Positions 56,881 to 64,000 of a stretch of 64,000 nt of DNA are shown one piece after another (the first letter of the stretch is position 1; the number at the start of each line of letters is the position of its first letter). The stretch lies in contig OX597824.1 in NCBI GenBank assembly GCA_951406725.2, positions 16,430,001 through 16,494,000 on the forward strand, read 5' to 3'. The notes beneath the pieces were generated by a model that saw only the letters and a program-made list of their open reading frames with translations, was not told the origin of the DNA and searched no databases. The stretch is from Octopus vulgaris. Its lineage: Eukaryota. Both the position numbers and the translations under genes were made by a program.

Positions 56881-57421
56881 CTAAATTAATCTCTCTGTGT
56901 GTGGCAGGGGTGGTTGTGTATGCGTTCGTGCGTGTGTGTGTGTTCGATGTGTACTGGTGCGCGTGTGCAGTGTGTGCATACGCATAATGTATATATATGT
57001 ATATATATCAAGAGAGAAAGAGAGGAGGACTTGTAAAAGAGAAAGCTGAGATGGCTTGGTTAATTTTAAATCCGCCATTTTAAAATCTGTAAATATAATT
57101 AATGAATGTATGCACGTAGTTGCATTTGAGATTCGTTAAATGAACAAATAGCAAATTGAAAAATGCAAAATATTACACGGACGCGTATTGGCTTAAATAC
57201 AGGCAAATGCGAGCATGCACGAGGATGGTAACAACGATACTCTACAAATGCATGCATATTAATTCAGCGATGCACATATACACACATAAAACGCTATAAC
57301 ATAACCAGATATATAGGGATCCAAATATAAGGATACACTGGAAACAGGAAATATAAGATGCAATGTGAAATGAAAATGGCGCCTGTGTAGCAACATTTTA
57401 ATCAGGGGAAAATGGATATAA

Positions 57422-57817
57422 CTAGCAGTATCGCCCGGTGTTGCTCGGGTTTGTTTCGACCCTTTAGATTTGGAATTTTTGAAAAGTAAAAATTTTGGCA
57501 TTATGTAGCTTGTTATGCTCTTTAAGTGAACAATTTTTCTGATTGAAATACACCGAAACATGGCGACACAGCAGTCAAAAAATCGTAAAAAATAGGGATT
57601 TTCATAGAAAAAAACCCACTTTTTTTTATGTAAATAATTTTCGGTGTTAACATGGTCTGATTTGAATTTTTTCTTCTACGGGAGGAAAAGCAAGCCTTCT
57701 TCTATCATAGACTCAATTTCGGTCAACTTGCGCCGCAGGGTCTCGGAGGAGATAGTGTTAGTTGAAGGCTACCAAACCTGCAAGACACAGACAACTTCAA
57801 CTTTATATATAGAGAGA
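57422..57817 (-). mobile_element. Non-autonomous Helitron
   Basis: Shares both termini with 23793-24167 (ctagcagtatcgcccggtgttgctcgggtttgt; cacagacaacttcaactttatatatagaga) but the interior differs. Confidence 0.8.
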
Positions 57818-58402
57818 TTTGCTGACATTGAATTAGATGGAAATATTGTTTAAAATTCTGATGTAAAAGGTTAATAGTCCAAGAAAATGGTGTTTAATTA
57901 TGGAAATAGACTATGCGTGTTTAATAAATGGAGATATCGTCCACCAGAATGAATAGTTACTAGATGAGCACTTGTACATCTATGTGGACAAGAAGTGCTG
58001 TCGGTAACTATTTCCATTATAATTTAATCCATTTACACGGTGCAGTGTTTTTGCAAGAGGGGAAGCTGAGCGAAATGGAGGAAGAATTCCTCCTGTCCTC
58101 TCATTGTTAACTTAATCCGTCAACCGGTTTGTCACAACACTCAGAACTTCGGGGCCTTCGAGAGGAGCGAATTGGGTTCCTCACAATTTGGCTTTAGGAT
58201 GAGTTCAAACTTAAAGATTGAATTGAGAAAAATATAGGGTAAAATATGAAAATAATGCATAATGCATCTTGGATTTTGTATTATATCATACCACAAAAAG
58301 CTCTACAGCTCTCGTTGCCGTCGCGTCTGGCAATCATACATATCCGCTATATACGCATTTATATATCTGTGTGTATGTAGGTGCGCGAGTAAGTACATAC
58401 AT

Positions 58403-58536
<134 letters not shown>

Positions 58537-58567
58537 TGTATATATATATGTATATGTAAATATATAC

Positions 58568-58615
<48 letters not shown>

Positions 58616-58624
58616 ATATATATG

Positions 58625-58912
58625 TGGAGGCGCAATGGCCCAGTGTTAGGGCAGCGGACTCGCGGTTTCGATTCCCAGACCGGGCGTTGTGTGTGTTTAT
58701 TGAGTGAAAACACCTAAAAGCTCCACGATGCTCCGGTAGTGGTTGGTGATCCCTGCTGTACTCTTTCACCACTCTTTCTCCCGCTTTCTTCTGTTGGCCT
58801 GCTCGCTTAGCCAGCGGGGTGGCGTCGTTCGAAGGCTAAAACAATGCGAACGCATTGTGACCAGCGATGTGTGGCAACATCTGATGGTCTGGTCGGTCAC
58901 GTGATCACGTGA
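58625..58912 (+). mobile_element. SINE family C
   Basis: Head as at 49011; tail gcattgtgaccagcg...ggtcggtcacg as at 16230-16285. Confidence 0.85.
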
Positions 58913-59019
58913 TATATATATTTATATATATATACATATGTATATATCTTTATGTATTTGATGTGAGGTTCTCTGCTGAAACATATATTGCTATATTCTG
59001 TGATTCTTTTAATCTTCTT

Positions 59020-59215
59020 TTTCTTATTTCAGTCGTGTGAGTGCGCCCACGCTGGAGCACCGCCTTGAAGAGTGCAGAGGAGCAAATCGGCCTCCATCTT
59101 TTATAAATTTGCCTTCGTAACTCTGGTACATATTCTATCGCCCCTTTACTGACCGATGTGAGCAGAAGACACATGCCCAAAGGTGCAACGCAGTGGGACT
59201 GAATTCGGAACCACA
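59020..59215 (-). mobile_element. Degenerate SINE family A pieces
   Basis: gctggagcaccgcctt and agaagacac..gcccaa...acgcagtgggactgaa. Confidence 0.6.
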
Positions 59216-59246
59216 CCTACCCCTACACACACAGACAGAAACACAC

Positions 59247-59298
<52 letters not shown>

Positions 59299-59313
59299 CT
59301 GCATATATACATA

Positions 59314-59729
59314 AGGCGGTGTGCTGGCAGGAACGTTAGCATGCTGGGCGAAATGCCTAGCGGTATTTCGTCTGGCGTTACGTTCTGAGTTCAAATTCCA
59401 CCGAGGTCGACTTTGGTTTTCATTCTTTCGGGGTCGATAAATTAAGTACCAGTTACGCACTGAAGTCGATATAATCGACGTAATCCGTTTGTCTGACCTT
59501 GTTCGTACCCTCTGTGTTTAGCCCCTTGTGGGTAGTAAAGAAATAGGTATTTCGTCTGCCGCTACGTTCTGAGTTCAAATTCCGCCGAGGTCGACTTTGC
59601 CTTTCATCCTTTCGGGGTCGATAAATTAAGTACTAGTTACGCACTGAGGTCGATATAATCGACTTAATCCGTTTTTCTGACCTTGTTCTTAACCTCTGTG
59701 TTTAGCCCCTTGTGGGTAGTAAAGAAATA
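59314..59729 (+). mobile_element. SINE family B, two tandem core units
   Basis: Head ggcggtgtgctggcaggaacgttagc plus two ~183-bp units. Confidence 0.9.
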
Positions 59730-60384
59730 TATATACATATATATATATACATACACAAGCACACGTTTATGTATGAACGGGAGTGAGTGAGAGAGAGAAA
59801 GAGAGGAATTTTACGAGAGTGAAAGAGAGCTGCTATGAATTTGTTCACCCTGAAAGATTAGTGAGTGCTGGAGATTATTAAGAGCCGAGGACACGAACGT
59901 TAAGCAATAAAACTTGAAGTATAGATTGCAAAAGTTAATGTTATTTGTGTTACGTATATTTGTGTGCTTGCGGAAGCGAGTATCAAGAATGCAGTCAATC
60001 AAACACAGTCCAATTTGCTATCTCCTCAAATCATGGGTATTCAATTTTTCATATACAAGATCTGGGTACGCCATATATTATACATACATTGCTGCAGCTA
60101 CCCCGGAGTGCAAGACTAGTCATTGTCACTATTATCCTTCTTAATGGACACTCTGTAGGGTGCCAGAATTTTTAAAGGGGTCGGAAGAGGATATCACAGC
60201 AAGAAATCTATGGTATTTGATTCTCAACAAAGGCTGTTTGATGAGTAAAACTATCCACGTGAGTTGGTAAATGCTTGCAGATATGTATCAGTGTCAATAT
60301 TTATGAAAACTGTGTATCTACATAATAGAATACCTCACTATATATATAGCTCGTATACTCTTATCTGCGTACTTTTATATAATG

Positions 60385-60388
60385 TATG

Positions 60389-60475
<87 letters not shown>

Positions 60476-60659
60476 ATTTATCTAAGTGCTTATCTGTCTG
60501 TCTGTCTCACTCTCTCTCTATCTATCTACCTACCTACATACCTACCTACCTACCTACCTACCTATCTACCTGTCTGTCTGACTGTCTGTATGTCTGTCTG
60601 TCTGTCTACTTGTCTGTCTATCCGTCCGAGTGTCTGTCTATCTGTCTGACACACACACA

Positions 60660-60704
<45 letters not shown>

Positions 60705-60829
60705 CCTACCTACATACCTACCTACCTACCTACCTACCTATCTACCTGTCTGTCTGACTGTATGTATGTCTGTCTATCTGTCTACTTGTCTGTCTGTCTA
60801 TCCGCCCGAGTATCTGTCTATCTGTCTGA

Positions 60830-60867
<38 letters not shown>

Positions 60868-60922
60868 CTATCTATTTACCTACTTATCTACCTACCTATC
60901 TAACAACCTATCTATCTGAATT

Positions 60923-60975
<53 letters not shown>

Positions 60976-61000
60976 GTCTGTCTGTCTGTATGTCTGTCTG

Positions 61001-61045
<45 letters not shown>
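60385..61045. repeat. (TCTA)/(CCTA)/(TCTG) block with ~177-bp tandem duplication
   Basis: ctacctacatacctacc...ctgactgt...ctacttgtc...tatccg.ccgagt occurs twice. Confidence 0.85.
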
Positions 61046-61046
<1 letters not shown>

Positions 61047-61214
61047 AATGTTTATCTCTCAATCTGTTTTTACCCAGGCAGGAAAAAAGTCCGAGCCATG
61101 TCTTGTCGAAGCACATCTCCTTATTCCAGTATTGCAATTCATTATGCAGTTCTTTTCATTATGTAGTTGCGTATATATATATGTATATATATGTAAGTAT
61201 TTAACGGTGTATGG

Positions 61215-61487
61215 AGAAGTGGTTAGCTTATTCGTGAGTTCGACACACGGCGGCACGTTGTGTTCTTGAGCATTGCAATTTATTTCACCTCACTCCACTC
61301 CACCGATCTGGCAAAACTGAATTCTACCTGTATTTGAAAAGGTCAGCCTTGTCGCATTCTATGAGAACTACGTTAAGTATACGCGTATCTGTGAAGTTCT
61401 CAGCCGCTTGCACGATAATTTCACGAGCTAGCACTACTGTTGGTCGCATCAACTGAAACACTCGTCGTCGCAACCGACGGAGTGCCC
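61215..61487 (+). mobile_element. Diverged family C-related SINE
   Basis: gagttcgac B box; tail ctcgtcgtcgcaaccgacggagtgcc. Confidence 0.65.
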
Positions 61488-62397
61488 TATATTAGTTATA
61501 TAAAATACAGGGTGCGTAAGATATTTCAGGACAGATTTATGTTTATAAAAAGAAATAAAATAAACATTTAACAGATAATAACTTTATTTATCAAAAAATG
61601 CTTTGAGGATAAAATTAAACCTTCTTTTCCATAATGTTATTCAATAAAGCCACCTTCAGCTTCGGCACTGCTTCTAAATGAGATCTAAATTATCTACATG
61701 CTCGAATCAAGTGGTCCTGGTTCAATTTGGACATACCTCTGACTATGGTAGCTATTGTGTTATGGGCGTGTTCTTTGACCTCACTCTCAACAATGGATTG
61801 ACTGAGACAAGTAAAAGAATAAAAAAGAATAAAAGAATAATAGAGAAAGCAGGGCCCTAATAATTACAGGTAAAAACGTGAACTTGTAGTCTGGATAGAG
61901 TAACTGCAGATTTCTCAATAATTCAATAATTTCTCAATAATTATCTTTTTCACTGATCTTCAGCTTTAAGTTAATATCCGCTCTATGTATGTATGTATGT
62001 ATGTATGTATGTATGTATGTATGTATGTATGTATGTATGTATGTATGTATGTATGTATGTATGTATGTATGTATGTATGCATGTATGTATGTATGTATGG
62101 ATGCACGCATTTATAAATGTATGTATGTATGTATGTATGTATGCATGCACGTATGTATATATGTATGTACGTATGTACGAATGTATGCATATATGTATGT
62201 CTGTATGTATGTATGCACGCACGTATGTATATATCTATGTATGTACGTATGTACGTATGCATGTATGTACGTATGCATGTATGTAAGTATGTATGTATGT
62301 ATGTATGCCTGTATGCATGCAGATATGTTTATACGCATACATATGTATCTGTATGTGTGTATATATATATATATATATATGCATGTATTTGTATGTG

Positions 62398-62511
<114 letters not shown>

Positions 62512-62984
62512 TATGCACGCATACATACAATATAGTATATCAGTGGTGTCTATAATTGTTGTTCACAACGTGTGCAAGACCCAAAGTGTTTGTAATGGCG
62601 TTTATCGTTTTGTGCAGATAATCGTGTCTCTAGTTTGGACTATTTGTCATGTTCATAAGCGGTTTATTTGCGTGTGATTGCATATATGTTAGCAAGATTC
62701 TTTTTGCGCTTCCGGTCCCTCTGTTATGTAGCGTTTCTTTTTGTATTATATATTTATTCAGGTTAAAGTTACAGTATTTTGATTTTCTTCGCTATGTTGT
62801 CGGTTTTGGTGTTTGTTTGTCGTGTATGGTGGGTGCCGTATGTTGTTTGTCGTTCAGTACTGTGATTTGTGTGTGTGTGTGGGTATGTGTGTGTGCGTGT
62901 GTGGTTTTATATATTTTCGTATGTGTGTGTGTGTTGTAGATTAAATTGTAGAAAAACAACGACACAAACAATAACAAACATATG

Positions 62985-62987
<3 letters not shown>

Positions 62988-63077
<90 letters not shown>

Positions 63078-63250
63078 AAGAAGAAGAAGAAGAAGAAGAA
63101 GAAGAAGAAGAAGAAGAAGAAGAAGAAGAAGAAGCAGCAGCAGCAGAAGAAGAAGAAGAAGAAGAAGAAGAAGAAGAAGAAGAAGAAGAAGAAGAAGAAG
63201 AAGAACAAAAACAACAACAACAACAAGAAGAACAAGAAGTAGAAGAAGGA
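62988..63250. repeat. (AAT)n to (AAG)n microsatellite
   Basis: Direct inspection. Confidence 0.95.
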
Positions 63251-63745
63251 GGATGAGGAGGGGGAAGGAAACGAGTTTAGATTAGTGTTGAATACGGAAC
63301 GATAGGTTTCGTGACAACTTGAACAAATCAAGAATACAGAATTTGAGGGGCGAAGATAGCAGTAAATGTATAAAGTACATGAAAAAGGAAGAAAAAGGGA
63401 TGTAACTAAGTAACACACATACACACACACACACACACATAATATATATATGTATGTCTGTATCTATGTCTGTATGTATGTATGCATGCACGTATGTATT
63501 TATGTATGTATGTATGTATGTATGTATGTATGTATGTATGTATGTATGTATGTATGAACGTATGTACGAATGAATGTATGTGTATGCATGTAGATATGCT
63601 TATACGCATACATATGTATATGTATGTATGTAGGTATATATATGTATATATATATGTATATATATATATGTATATATATATATGCATGTGTTTGTATGTG
63701 TATGTATGTGTGTACACATGTGTATATGTGTATGTATATATATAC

Positions 63746-63779
<34 letters not shown>

Positions 63780-63896
63780 AGATACACATATAGATGTATA
63801 CATATATCTACATATATATTTCAGTGTATGTATGTGCCTCTGTGTGTTAAATGTATACACGCATGCACGCACGCACACACCTACACGCGTACACAC

Positions 63897-63951
<55 letters not shown>

Positions 63952-64000
63952 TACATATACGTTTAGAACACAAGTACAAACAAATCAGAGAACCATGGCG

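Noticed and set aside
61508-61680. Tc1/mariner-like terminus TA|cagggtg
   Set aside because: No matching second TIR or transposase motif found.

Overview
AT-rich eukaryotic non-coding DNA, most likely from an octopus (inferred from the SINE families and the microsatellite load; no database search was run). I can support no host protein-coding gene. Nearly all listed ORFs are translated microsatellites. The window is a mosaic of (TA)n, (CA)n, (TATG)n, (TAGA)n, (TAA)n and (GAA)n tracts and transposon debris. The debris includes three tRNA-derived SINE families, three mariner relics, CR1-like LINE fragments, non-autonomous Helitrons, a young 5'-truncated R4/Dong-like RLE retrotransposon in (TAA)n with an apparent non-coding companion family using the same target, and a 2.1-kb satellite with a 52-bp unit. 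The most striking unannotated signal is about a dozen minimal type I hammerhead-ribozyme-like motifs in short modules, most of them inside (TA)n tracts and often in or beside long inverted repeats. This is the architecture of Penelope-like element pseudo-LTRs. Their cores include canonical C3-G8, compensatory G3-C8 and U3-A8, and a family-wide A6U change. One module combines a promoter-like region, a GT-AG intron and a fully canonical hammerhead. All structures were folded by eye and need computational and biochemical confirmation.
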